DNA from: a virus
Lineage: Duplodnaviria > Heunggongvirae > Uroviricota > Caudoviricetes
Strand: one strand, 5' to 3'
Length of the DNA stretch: 20,352 nucleotides
Virus record (IMG/VR): IMGVR_UViG_3300010367_000170
Shown: positions 1 through 7,621 of the stretch, piece by piece
Layout: the number at the start of each line of letters is the position of its first letter
Position numbering within the stretch: position 1 is the first letter of the stretch
Notes under the pieces: generated by a model
The model's input: the letters and a program-made list of their open reading frames with translations, nothing else
Databases searched by the model: none
Told to the model about the DNA's origin: nothing
Position numbers and translations under genes: made by a program

Positions 1-25
1 CAAACACACCGGAGGAGAAGCCGCG

Positions 26-1609
26 ATGAGCGACATCAAGTACACCGCCACCAAGAAGATCATCACCGGCGGTACCGTCACCGAGATCACCGACCGCCAC
101 GCGTTCATCAGCTCCAGCAACACCGCCCACTACGAGAACTGCGCCGTGGTCACCCGGATGCTCTCCGGTGGCGGAAGCAACCGGATGGACCGCCGCAACA
201 TCACCACCGCCGAGAAGGCGCTGGCGGGCATCAAGACCGACCACTACATCGACTGCAACGCCTGCTCCAAGATCCACCGCAACCGCACCGCCGAGTACAC
301 CGCCAACAACCGGCTCATCGCCAACACCGAAGGCTCCAAGGAGGAGACCGCCATGAGCGAGACCACGACCACCGACAACAACGACGTCACCCTGCCCGAC
401 GGCGTCAAGGACACCCCCACCCTGCGCCAGGTCTACGCCGCGATGCTGAACGGCGCCAGCGGCTCCGCCGCCCAGATCGCGGAGACCTCCGGCGTCACCG
501 CCACCTCCGTCAAGCGTGCCCTCGCCGCCCTGACCGACGCCGGAGCCGTCAGCTCCCTGGACAGCGGCAAGCGCGGCACCCCCATCAGCTACTTCCTGAA
601 CAACGACGACACGACCCAGGGGCAGCGCGCGCAGGCCGTGGAGGAGGAGCCGGAGGGACTGGAACCGCTGGGCTCCGACCAGGAGGTCACCCACATCCCC
701 GGGCTGGGCGACGTCCCCACCGCCGCGCTGAACATCCTGGCGACCGGCGACCCGGAGATGGGCAGCAACGAGAAGCGGGTGCGGGACCTGCTGGCGAAGA
801 CCTTCAAGTCCGAGTGGACCGCGCTGACCGATCCGCAGCAGGCCACCATCGTCATGGACTTCCAGGCCGGTGAGCAGGCGGAGCCGGAGACGTTCACCGC
901 CGACAGCTACCGCAAGGACATCGGCAAGAACAACCTGCTGACCTACGCCAACAGCGTCATGAACGCCGACATGGGCGAAGGTACCCCGCTGGACGCCGAC
1001 GACATGGTGGACGCCGACGACGACACCGAGGAGGAGGAGCCCACCGACCTGTTCGACGAAGAGGACGACACCGAGGAGGAGCCGGAGCCGGTCGTGGAGG
1101 CGTCCAAGCCGGTCAAGCGCGTCGCGAAGCCCAAGCTGAAGGCCGCTGGGGTCAAGGAGGGCCAGGCGTACGGCTACCTGTCCGGGACCGGGCTGGCGCA
1201 CACCGCCAAGTGCGCGTCGGTGAAGGCCGCTGAGCTGGGTACCCTGAACATCCCGATGGGGCCGGAGTACCGGCACCCGCTGGGGGACCTGCTGGAGCTG
1301 GTGCACAACGGCGACATCAAGGAATGCCGACTGTGCGCGAAGATGCGCCGCACCGTCGAGACGGCGCAGGTGGACGTCGCCAAGTTCGTGGAGTTCATCA
1401 AGGGTCTGGTGGCCTCCAAGCCCGCTGACGCGCCGGTCGCCAAGATGTTCTCCGGGTTCAACGTGACCGTGGGGTCCACCGGCAAGGACCTGTACACCCT
1501 GGACCTGCGCGGCCCGGCTGCCAACCAGTGGAGCCGCCGCAAGGACATCGACAAGAAGCAGGTGGGTCGGGTGGCCCAGGAGCTGGTGAAGGAGATCACC
1601 TCCAAGTAG
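26..1609 (+). CDS. Phage protein with two H-x3-C-x37-CxxC putative Zn modules, a central winged-HTH-like segment and an acidic linker
   Basis: 527-aa ORF, SD GGAGGAG upstream, strong GC3 bias. HTH-like 'TLRQVYAAMLNGASGSAAQIAETSGVTATSVKRALAALTDAGAV'. AHYENC..CNAC and AHTAKC..CRLC motifs. Confidence 0.75.
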   Translation: MSDIKYTATKKIITGGTVTEITDRHAFISSSNTAHYENCAVVTRMLSGGGSNRMDRRNITTAEKALAGIKTDHYIDCNACSKIHRNRTAEYTANNRLIANTEGSKEETAMSETTTTDNNDVTLPDGVKDTPTLRQVYAAMLNGASGSAAQIAETSGVTATSVKRALAALTDAGAVSSLDSGKRGTPISYFLNNDDTTQGQRAQAVEEEPEGLEPLGSDQEVTHIPGLGDVPTAALNILATGDPEMGSNEKRVRDLLAKTFKSEWTALTDPQQATIVMDFQAGEQAEPETFTADSYRKDIGKNNLLTYANSVMNADMGEGTPLDADDMVDADDDTEEEEPTDLFDEEDDTEEEPEPVVEASKPVKRVAKPKLKAAGVKEGQAYGYLSGTGLAHTAKCASVKAAELGTLNIPMGPEYRHPLGDLLELVHNGDIKECRLCAKMRRTVETAQVDVAKFVEFIKGLVASKPADAPVAKMFSGFNVTVGSTGKDLYTLDLRGPAANQWSRRKDIDKKQVGRVAQELVKEITSK

Positions 1610-1623
1610 GGTCCACGGCCCTG

Positions 1624-1662
1624 AGCGGAAGCCCCCGGAAGACAACTCCGGGGGCTTCCGCT
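1624..1662 (+). terminator. 16-bp perfect stem-loop downstream of the CDS, probable intrinsic terminator
   Basis: agcggaagcccccgga (1624-1639) pairs with tccgggggcttccgct (1647-1662), 15 nt after the stop codon; no long U-tract. Confidence 0.65.
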
Positions 1663-1681
1663 TGCCTGCGTAGCGGGAGCG

Positions 1682-2374
1682 TTGCACACTGGCGGGAAGC
1701 TTCTTGATCCAGCCCTCCGGAGGGAACTGTTGACGTACCCGTGCCCTGGACCTTGTAGTGCCGGAGAGCTGTCTAGAAACAACGGGGAACCCATCTGGTG
1801 CTCCTCGTGTGCCCAAGTGGTTAGGAGTGCCCTACGGGCGGTCCCGGAGGCTTATACGGCCCTGGACGCGGTGAGGTTCTACTCCCGGTCGGCTCCGGCC
1901 GACGCGGTACGAGTATCCGGCTCGAAGGAACGGCCGTCGGTAGCTCCTGGGGTGGACCTGCGCGATGAGGTCTTCCACACCCTGCGGTCCTGGGAGGATG
2001 ATGTGCGGTCCGCTTTGCGGCATCGTGCGGCACGTGACGGCTCCGACCGGGAGGAGACCCTGGAACGGTCGGTAAGGTACCTGAACCGTAACTTCGAGGC
2101 AGCGATCAAACGGGATCCGGGAGGTCTGGAGTTCGGGCAGGAGATCTACCGCCTGTTCACCGGCGCACTCCGGCTGCTGAAGAACGGGCCGATACGCAGC
2201 CGCCTGACGATTACCTGCCCGCGATGCTCCCGACGCTCTCTGATCCAGCAGGAAGGTATAGCTGGCAGGCCCTGGGTGACGGTGTGCGATGAGCGTCTGT
2301 CCGGGTGCGGGACGTCCTACACCGAAGTGGAGATGACGTGGATGGTGGAAATGCGTACGGCGGTGGCTCTTTGA
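1682..2374 (+). CDS. Phage hypothetical protein with Cys-pair motifs at both ends (putative Zn-binding regulator)
   Basis: 230-aa ORF with CPGPC..CSSC and CPRC..C..C. Start codon (TTG) uncertain. Stop overlaps the next ATG (TGATG). Confidence 0.65.
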   Translation: MHTGGKLLDPALRRELLTYPCPGPCSAGELSRNNGEPIWCSSCAQVVRSALRAVPEAYTALDAVRFYSRSAPADAVRVSGSKERPSVAPGVDLRDEVFHTLRSWEDDVRSALRHRAARDGSDREETLERSVRYLNRNFEAAIKRDPGGLEFGQEIYRLFTGALRLLKNGPIRSRLTITCPRCSRRSLIQQEGIAGRPWVTVCDERLSGCGTSYTEVEMTWMVEMRTAVAL

Positions 2375-2568
2375 TGACGTTCGCTGCGGTACCGGATGTG
2401 GCGCTGTTCATCGGCAAGTCGGAGCGGACGTTGAAACGCTGGGTTGATCAGGGCCTGTTGGAACAGCGGCGAGACGTCGCCGGTCGGCGGACCGTGTGCG
2501 TGCAAGAGGCTATCCGGGTGGAGTCCGAGGTGCGTACGCGCAACAGGGCGCGTCCCCCTGCTCTCTAG
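2374..2568 (+). CDS. Small MerR/excisionase-type HTH DNA-binding protein (64 aa)
   Basis: ATG overlaps the upstream TGA. 'VPDVALFIGKSERTLKRWVDQGLL' fits an HTH_17/MerR-like pattern. Confidence 0.7.
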   Translation: MTFAAVPDVALFIGKSERTLKRWVDQGLLEQRRDVAGRRTVCVQEAIRVESEVRTRNRARPPAL

Positions 2569-2613
2569 ACACCGGTGGGGCTACGGTTTGTTCTCCGCGT
2601 CTCCTAGACAGCG

Positions 2614-2651
2614 CGAAGCCCCCGAACCGGGAAGCTGGTTCGAGGGCTTCG
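2614..2651. terminator. Stem-loop between convergent genes, probable bidirectional terminator
   Basis: cgaagccc-ccgaacc pairs with ggttcga-gggcttcg, between the stops at 2568 (+) and 2661 (-). Confidence 0.6.
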
Positions 2652-2660
2652 TTGTCTCGG

Positions 2661-2972
2661 TCAGATGCCCAGGGCGTCCAAATCCTCCAGGAACTGGCCC
2701 GCCTTCACCGAAGCGGTGTTGGCGTACCCCGGCAGGTTCTTCTGCCGCAGCGCGTCGGCCAGCGGGCCGATGACCCAGGAGTTCAGGTACGCCGCCTGCT
2801 CCGAGCGCCACTGGCGCTCTGCCTCACCGCCGTCGGCTGCCAGGCAGTTGATCATCACGTCCTTGCAGTCCGGGTCGGCCAGCTTCAGGACGGCGTCCAG
2901 GGCTGCCAGCAGGGCCTTGTTGCGGAATTCGTTGCTCTGCTCCAGGCGGGACTTGTGGGTGTTCGCGAGCAT
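2661..2972 (-). CDS. Hypothetical protein (103 aa, helical)
   Basis: SD GGAGG upstream of ATG, GC3 bias; no recognised motif. Confidence 0.7.
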   Translation of the reverse strand: MLANTHKSRLEQSNEFRNKALLAALDAVLKLADPDCKDVMINCLAADGGEAERQWRSEQAAYLNSWVIGPLADALRQKNLPGYANTASVKAGQFLEDLDALGI

Positions 2973-2996
2973 GGTGTTTCCTCCGGTTCTAGCTGG

Positions 2997-3386
2997 TTAC
3001 TTCAGCAGCGCGCGGGTGCGGTTGAGGAAGTCGTGGATGGCGGCGACCTCCATGCGGTAGCTCATCTGCTCGTGGGCAGTGAACACCAGGTCGGTGGCGG
3101 ACAGTTCGTAGATGCGCGTGTTGGCCTTGAGGTGCGCCTCCGCCAGGGAGTCCTCCCAGGAGATGTCGGGCATCTGAGGTTCGGCTTGGAACACCCAGTT
3201 GCGGAAGTGGACCGCCCTCATGTACTCGCTGAGGTCGGGGATCTCGTTGACGGCGATCTCGCCTCTGGCCCGGTCGCGGTAGCGACGGAGCTTGGTGAGG
3301 GCCAGGTCGCGCAGTCCGCCGGACGCGTGGAACGCCTGTTCGATGGCCTGCTGGTTGCCTTCGGACTTGCTGAGTACCTTCGCCAT
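2997..3386 (-). CDS. Hypothetical protein (129 aa, MAKVLSKSEG...)
   Basis: Start reassigned to ATG 3386, preceded by GGAGGAG; GC3 bias. Confidence 0.7.
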   Translation of the reverse strand: MAKVLSKSEGNQQAIEQAFHASGGLRDLALTKLRRYRDRARGEIAVNEIPDLSEYMRAVHFRNWVFQAEPQMPDISWEDSLAEAHLKANTRIYELSATDLVFTAHEQMSYRMEVAAIHDFLNRTRALLK

Positions 3387-3538
3387 GCTGTCTCCTCCGG
3401 TTGAGAGCTTGGGAGTTACCATGCTAGCCGAATCGGTAAGCGAAGTAAAGCTATCCTGGAGTTGCCTGAGAACGCCAGCCATACGCCGCAACTGGCCGCG
3501 ACGCAACCAAGCCTCCAGAGCCTCCGAACGATCCGCCG

Positions 3539-3937
3539 TCAGTCCCACCACGACCCCAACCGGTCCACAAGCCTGTGCAACGCGGCCTGCACCTTCTCCT
3601 GCTGCTCCGCCGTCGCCGCGTATGCGAACTTGTCGTAACCCGCCAGATCCGAACGGATCCCCTCCAGATACTCCCCCCACTCCTTCTCGCAGTCGCACCC
3701 CTCACTACCAGGAGCCGCGTGCGAACACGGGTAACCGCATCCGTACTCCAACATCTTCTTGGCTGCGGCCTCCACCAACGCCACCAGGAACGTATCGAAA
3801 CTCCACCACCAAAGGTCCGGGACGAAATCACCGTTGTCGGTGAACAGCGGCACCAAATCCTTCGGCATGGAAGGCAGCGGCGGCTCCGAGGTCGGCTTGT
3901 AGTTCGGGTTGACGATCGGGCTGTCCAAATCGCTCAC
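3539..3937 (-). CDS. Hypothetical phage protein (132 aa)
   Basis: GTG 3937 with GGAGG SD, just downstream of the terminator; Trp/acidic-rich with a C-x3-C-x8-CxC patch. Confidence 0.6.
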   Translation of the reverse strand: MSDLDSPIVNPNYKPTSEPPLPSMPKDLVPLFTDNGDFVPDLWWWSFDTFLVALVEAAAKKMLEYGCGYPCSHAAPGSEGCDCEKEWGEYLEGIRSDLAGYDKFAYAATAEQQEKVQAALHRLVDRLGSWWD

Positions 3938-3952
3938 GCTTTCCTCCAGACG

Positions 3953-3991
3953 AAAAAGGGCGGGCACCTCGCGATGGGAGGTGCCCGCCCT
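3953..3991 (-). terminator. Intrinsic terminator of the Ro/TROVE transcript
   Basis: 14-bp perfect stem agggcgggcacctc/gaggtgcccgccct followed by a U-tract on the minus strand, 6 nt after the TROVE stop. Confidence 0.8.
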
Positions 3992-3997
3992 AGCCTG

Positions 3998-5620
3998 CTA
4001 GTTGTCGATCTCCCACGGCCAACCGGCGTCACGGCCCCGCGACAACAAGTCCATCATCGTGAACATGGCGTCGGAGAAACCGCCGATCTCGAACCGGTTC
4101 GGGTCGGAGGTGTTGATGGACGTGGACGCGTAGCCGGAGGTGTTGATACCGAAGACCGGAACGTCCCTCGGAACCGAGTTCGACACCGACGCCCCGCCCC
4201 AGCCCGACGACAGGTGCGTCTGCATGTCGGAGATGATCACCACGCGCTTGTGGATCGTCTCACGGAACGTCGCCCGCACCGCCTCCACCGTCTTCGTGCC
4301 GTGACCCACCGTGCCGACCTTCGCGCAGAAGCTGTCGATCTGCTTCAACGCCGACCCGCCCTTGACCAGGTTGTGCGGGAACACCACGTTGCCGTAGCCG
4401 TCACCGGCGAAGCCGTACAGCTCCACGTCGTTGCCGCGCATCGCCAACGCCACACCGAACAGCGCGCCGACGTCCACGTGCCGCACCTTCGACTTCTCCG
4501 ACACCGTGTCCAACATCGAACCGGAAGTGTCCACCAGCACCAGCGTCGAACCGGAGAACTCCGGCAGGTTCCCGCACGCCGCATCCAAGCCCTTGTCCAA
4601 CGCGTGGCCCCACCGCAACGACGGAGCAGCCCGGTACGCCGACAACAGCCGGTACGGGAACACCCGCGCCTTCCGGATGTCCTCCGGGTTGGACAACTTC
4701 TCGCACACCTGCGCCGCGACCTTGTCCGAGACCTTGGCCTCATCAAAGTTGCGCAGGTTCCGCATCAGCGCGAACGCGCCCATGGACGGGATGATCGCCT
4801 CCCACGCCTTCGCGTCCATCGGACCCTGAAGCCACCCGGCCAGCGACTCCCACGTCATACCAGCCTCAGCCAGGCGCTCGGAGCCGTCGGCGGACAGCAA
4901 CACCTTCCGGCGCTCACCGACCGGCATCTCCATCAGAGCCTGCCGCGCCGCCAGCGTCTTGTTGCCCTCCGGCAGACGCACATCCGACCGGTTGTGACGC
5001 CGGTCCAGCGCGTAGCGGAACAGCTCCCCCTGCCACGGCTTGTCATCCGCCGGAGACGGGTGCACCAAGTCGATGACGTCACCGAACCGGTAGGCGCTGT
5101 TGTCGGAGTCGTACTTCAGCAGGTTCTTGCCGTTGTACAGCCGCCGAACAGCGTCGGCCACACCGCGCTTCACCGGCTTCGGCAGCTTCCGGCCGTAGTG
5201 AGACGTCCAGTACGACAACAACTCACCCGGCTCGTCAGCGCGCTGGCAGGCGGCGTCGATGAGGGTGCGCCCAGCCGGGGTCTGCTTCGCGTCCAGGCGC
5301 GCCTTCACCGCCTCGCAGGCGGCCACGACAGACGCCGAGCGCATGTTGGCCTTGGTGCGCAGCCACAGCACAAACCCGTGCATCCAGCCGTAGTCCTCCA
5401 CGGCGACCTTACGAACCAGGTCCCGGAAACGGGCATCACGGGCAGACGCCGACTCGTAAAACGTGGACTCGCCCACCATGTTGGTGACAGCCAGCAGCAG
5501 CAGAGCTGACTGGTCGTCGTGGCTCCAAGCCAAACCGCCCTCGTGGGTGCGGGCCGGTGCGGTCGTGGCCATCGGGGACTTCACCGACGGCTGCGCACCC
5601 TTGGTGTTGAACTTGCTCAT
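3998..5620 (-). CDS. rsr: Ro60-related RNA-binding protein (TROVE plus vWA domain), 540 aa
   Basis: Hallmarks THEGG, LAVTNMVGESTFYESA, ALMRNLRNF, vWA MIDAS LVDTSGSM and IISDMQT. ATG 5620 with SD AAGGAGG. Confidence 0.93.
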   Translation of the reverse strand: MSKFNTKGAQPSVKSPMATTAPARTHEGGLAWSHDDQSALLLLAVTNMVGESTFYESASARDARFRDLVRKVAVEDYGWMHGFVLWLRTKANMRSASVVAACEAVKARLDAKQTPAGRTLIDAACQRADEPGELLSYWTSHYGRKLPKPVKRGVADAVRRLYNGKNLLKYDSDNSAYRFGDVIDLVHPSPADDKPWQGELFRYALDRRHNRSDVRLPEGNKTLAARQALMEMPVGERRKVLLSADGSERLAEAGMTWESLAGWLQGPMDAKAWEAIIPSMGAFALMRNLRNFDEAKVSDKVAAQVCEKLSNPEDIRKARVFPYRLLSAYRAAPSLRWGHALDKGLDAACGNLPEFSGSTLVLVDTSGSMLDTVSEKSKVRHVDVGALFGVALAMRGNDVELYGFAGDGYGNVVFPHNLVKGGSALKQIDSFCAKVGTVGHGTKTVEAVRATFRETIHKRVVIISDMQTHLSSGWGGASVSNSVPRDVPVFGINTSGYASTSINTSDPNRFEIGGFSDAMFTMMDLLSRGRDAGWPWEIDN

Positions 5621-5668
5621 TACAGTTCCCTCCTTGTTTGTGGCGGAGGGAGAAGGCAACGCGGTGAC

Positions 5669-5778
5669 GCCCGAGATCCAGTCAGCTGCGGTGACACCGA
5701 CCGGCGAACCGGACGGTTTCAGGGGTTGAACCTGACCTTGTAAGGATTACCGAAGTAACCGCAGCTTACGCACCGGGC
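5669..5778 (-). ncRNA. Y-RNA-like gene A (T-arm plus UUCG hairpin, no clear D arm)
   Basis: Terminal helix GCCCG-GUGCGUAAGCUGCGG / CCGCAGCUGACUGGAUCU-CGGGC, shared UACUUC linker, T-arm UCAGG-UUCAACC-CCUGA; directly upstream of rsr. Confidence 0.75.
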
Positions 5779-5792
5779 ATCGGCGCGTTTCC

Positions 5793-5932
5793 CCTCCCGA
5801 GATCCAAACGGCTGCGGTCAGCTAGGGCAGGATTCGAACCTGCGACCTTTCCGCTCGCGCGGAACGCTCTACCAACTGAGCTACCCGGATGGTTGTTGTA
5901 TCCGAAGTAACCGCTGCCTACGCACCGGGAGG
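5793..5932 (-). ncRNA. Y-RNA-like gene B (D arm, GNRA-capped arm, T arm in normal tRNA order)
   Basis: Same terminal motifs GGUGCG and UGGAUCUC. Inner GCUC-AGUUGGUA-GAGC, UUCCGC-GCGA-GCGGAA, GCAGG-UUCGAAU-CCUGC. Confidence 0.8.
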
Positions 5933-5943
5933 TGCGTGTTTAG

Positions 5944-6033
5944 TTATTCGCCCTTGCAGCAGCCGCACTCGCCGCAGTGCATCGCCAGGCCGCAGTTGCA
6001 GCCCCAAGGACGCCATCTGATCCAGAACTTCAT
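5944..6033 (-). CDS. 29-aa Cys-rich micropeptide MKFWIRWRPWGCNCGLAMHCGECGCCKGE
   Basis: ATG preceded by GGAGGAGAAGC; 6 Cys; fits exactly in the gap between Y RNAs B and C. Confidence 0.5.
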   Translation of the reverse strand: MKFWIRWRPWGCNCGLAMHCGECGCCKGE

Positions 6034-6060
6034 GCTTCTCCTCCAGGCTTCGAACTGAAA

Positions 6061-6167
6061 TCCCCTGAGATCAAGTCGGTGACGGGGTGCCCAGCCAATG
6101 GGCCACCCCCGCGAGGTGGGGGTGTTTGGATTCGAACCGAAGTATCCGTCACTGTCGCACCAGGGGA
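6061..6167 (-). ncRNA. Y-RNA-like gene C (YrlA-like; short T-arm, closed acceptor-like hairpin, D arm)
   Basis: UCCCCUG-GUGCG / UGAUCUC-AGGGGA ends; GG-UUCGAAU-CC; CACCCCC/GGGGGUG hairpin; GCCC-AUUGGCU-GGGC. Confidence 0.8.
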
Positions 6168-6186
6168 AAGCTTGTTCGGTTGTGGC

Positions 6187-6328
6187 GGTCCTGAGTTCCA
6201 AGACGGCTTTGGGCTTACGTCCGTTGCTCTACCAGATTGAGCCACCGTCCGAGGGTGCCGGACGGGCTGGATTTGAACCAGCAACCCACGGCTCCAAGAG
6301 AAGTATCCAATGCCTACGCACCAGGACC
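6187..6328 (-). ncRNA. Y-RNA-like gene D (YrlA-like circularly permuted tRNA module)
   Basis: T arm GCUGG-UUCAAAU-CCAGC, then 7-bp acceptor-like CCGUCCG/CGGACGG closed by a loop, then UG-GCUC-AAUCUGGUA-GAGC D arm; terminal motifs conserved. Confidence 0.85.
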
Positions 6329-6340
6329 GCAAAGGTTTTG

Positions 6341-6482
6341 GCCTGCCAGAGATCCAAACGACTTGGGTAACGTTGACGTGCTGTCCATTACACCACCACC
6401 CCACGAGTGGGGTGGGCCGGAATCGAACCGGCACCTCCGGATCCGTATTCCGAAGTAACCCATGTCTGCGCACCTGGCAGGC
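6341..6482 (-). ncRNA. Y-RNA-like gene E (YrlA-like circularly permuted tRNA module)
   Basis: GCCUGCCAG-GUGCG / UGGAUCUC-UGGCAGGC ends; GCCGG-UUCGAUU-CCGGC; CCACCCC/GGGGUGG closed acceptor-like stem; D-like GUGU-AAUGGAC-AGCAC. Confidence 0.85.
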
Positions 6483-6550
6483 GCGTTGTTGTTCACCCCT
6501 GAACGGGGTGCGCCGTCTCCCGGATCGGGGGGGACGGGAGACGACGCGGG

Positions 6551-6625
6551 TAGCGGCGACGGGATTTGAACCCGCGATCTTCAGATTGAAAGTCTGACGA
6601 GCTTTCCAGACAGCTCCACACCGCC
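6551..6625 (-). tRNA. tRNA-Glu (TTC)
   Basis: Full cloverleaf; TCAGA-CT-TTC-AA-TCTGA; T loop TTCAAAT. Confidence 0.93.
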
Positions 6626-6754
6626 TTGCATGTCGGGTACCGAATCTCCGACTCCCTGGCCAACGAACGACTCCCTACCCTCACGGGCAGCCAGGCCCTT
6701 ACGCAGCTCTGCCGGTCCCTCCAACACCCGTGAACCCTTGTTGGAGGGACCAGG

Positions 6755-6828
6755 AGCCGTCACCGAGGTTCGAACTCGGAACACGTTCTTACCAAGAACG
6801 TAGCGTTGCCAGTTACGCCCACAACGGC
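6755..6828 (-). tRNA. tRNA-Thr (GGT)
   Basis: Cloverleaf; CGTTC-TT-GGT-AA-GAACG. Confidence 0.9.
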
Positions 6829-6968
6829 TTGTCCCGCGCACCCAACTGAACCGACTCCCCGTAGGGGTCTGCTCCACACCTGAACTTGTGCTCACCGGCG
6901 CGGGACGGTGAGCGTGCGCCTCAGACTGGTTCAGATGGCAACTTCTTACCGGCTGTTCCGCTCGCCGG

Positions 6969-7103
6969 TCACGGCTTCTTGCTCTTCTGCTGGCCTACCT
7001 TGCTCCAGGACACACCGGGGACCGGCATGCCACCCGGGAACAGGTGCGGGAACTTCCGTGCCCGCGCCAACATCTTCTTGCGCTTGTTCCGGCTGTAACT
7101 CAC
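6969..7103 (-). CDS. 44-aa highly basic small protein MSYSRNKRKKMLARARKFPHLFPGGMPVPGVSWSKVGQQKSKKP
   Basis: GTG preceded by AGGAGGAGGAGAA; lies in a tRNA-free gap; K/R-rich with no acidic residues. Confidence 0.6.
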   Translation of the reverse strand: MSYSRNKRKKMLARARKFPHLFPGGMPVPGVSWSKVGQQKSKKP

Positions 7104-7124
7104 TTCTCCTCCTCCTCTGTAACC

Positions 7125-7214
7125 GGGCTGGATCCCCGCAGGAGTCGAACCTGCCCTAGGAGTTGACGCAGGTTATCGGCCTACGCCGCTGGCCCTTCAG
7201 CTAAGGTCCAGCCC
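7125..7214 (-). ncRNA. Atypical tRNA-like element (CC-GAT-AA loop, long variable region, extended bulged acceptor helix)
   Basis: T arm GCAGG-TTCGACT-CCTGC; GTAGG-CCGATAA-CCTGC; ends GGGCTGGACCTT/GGGGATCCAGCCC pair over about 12 bp. Confidence 0.5.
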
Positions 7215-7216
7215 TG

Positions 7217-7288
7217 TACCGCACGCGAGACTTGAACTCGCAGAACCTGCTTGGAAGGCAGGCGGGTTGCCAATTACCCCAGTGCGGC
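7217..7288 (-). tRNA. tRNA-Gly (TCC)
   Basis: Cloverleaf; CCTGC-CT-TCC-AA-GCAGG. Confidence 0.92.
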
Positions 7289-7389
7289 ACACCCACCGTC
7301 CCCAGTTTCTGTGGGGGCGGGTGGTGCAGCAGACTTTGCGCTCAGGCGTCTACCGGTCCTGCTTCTTCCCCTCCGAGGAGGGACGCGCG

Positions 7390-7464
7390 TAGTCCGTACG
7401 GGATTTGAACCCGTGGTCTTCACCTTGAGAGGGTGACGAGATAGGCCAGCTACTCCAACGGACC
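7390..7464 (-). tRNA. tRNA-Glu (CTC)
   Basis: Cloverleaf; TCACC-CT-CTC-AA-GGTGA. Confidence 0.92.
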
Positions 7465-7469
7465 TCGCG

Positions 7470-7542
7470 CTGCGTCGGCAGGCTTCGAACCTGCATTGTC
7501 CAAGTTCAAAGCCTGGGGTCCTGCCAGTTAGACGACGACGCA
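7470..7542 (-). tRNA. tRNA-Gln (TTG)
   Basis: U1-A72, G73; CCAGG-CT-TTG-AA-CTTGG. Confidence 0.92.
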
Positions 7543-7547
7543 TAGCG

Positions 7548-7621
7548 CTGCACTGTCAGGATTCGAACCTGAAACCACCCGATTCAGAGCCGGGAGCGCT
7601 GCCAGATTGCGCCACAGTGCA
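7548..7621 (-). tRNA. tRNA-Gln (CTG)
   Basis: U1-A72, G73; CCCGG-CT-CTG-AA-TCGGG. Confidence 0.92.

Noticed and set aside
2496-3404. 302-aa plus-strand ORF
   Set aside because: Antisense to two SD-supported minus-strand genes and spans a terminator.
3575-5509. 644-aa plus-strand ORF
   Set aside because: Antisense shadow of the TROVE gene; Arg/His/Val-rich composition typical of GC-rich reverse frames, with no motifs.
5669-6482. Repeated motifs gagatcc / cgaagta / cgcacc as a CRISPR array or simple direct repeats
   Set aside because: The repeats are short, bipartite and mutually complementary at unit ends, with variable structured interiors; spacing is irregular and no cas genes are present.
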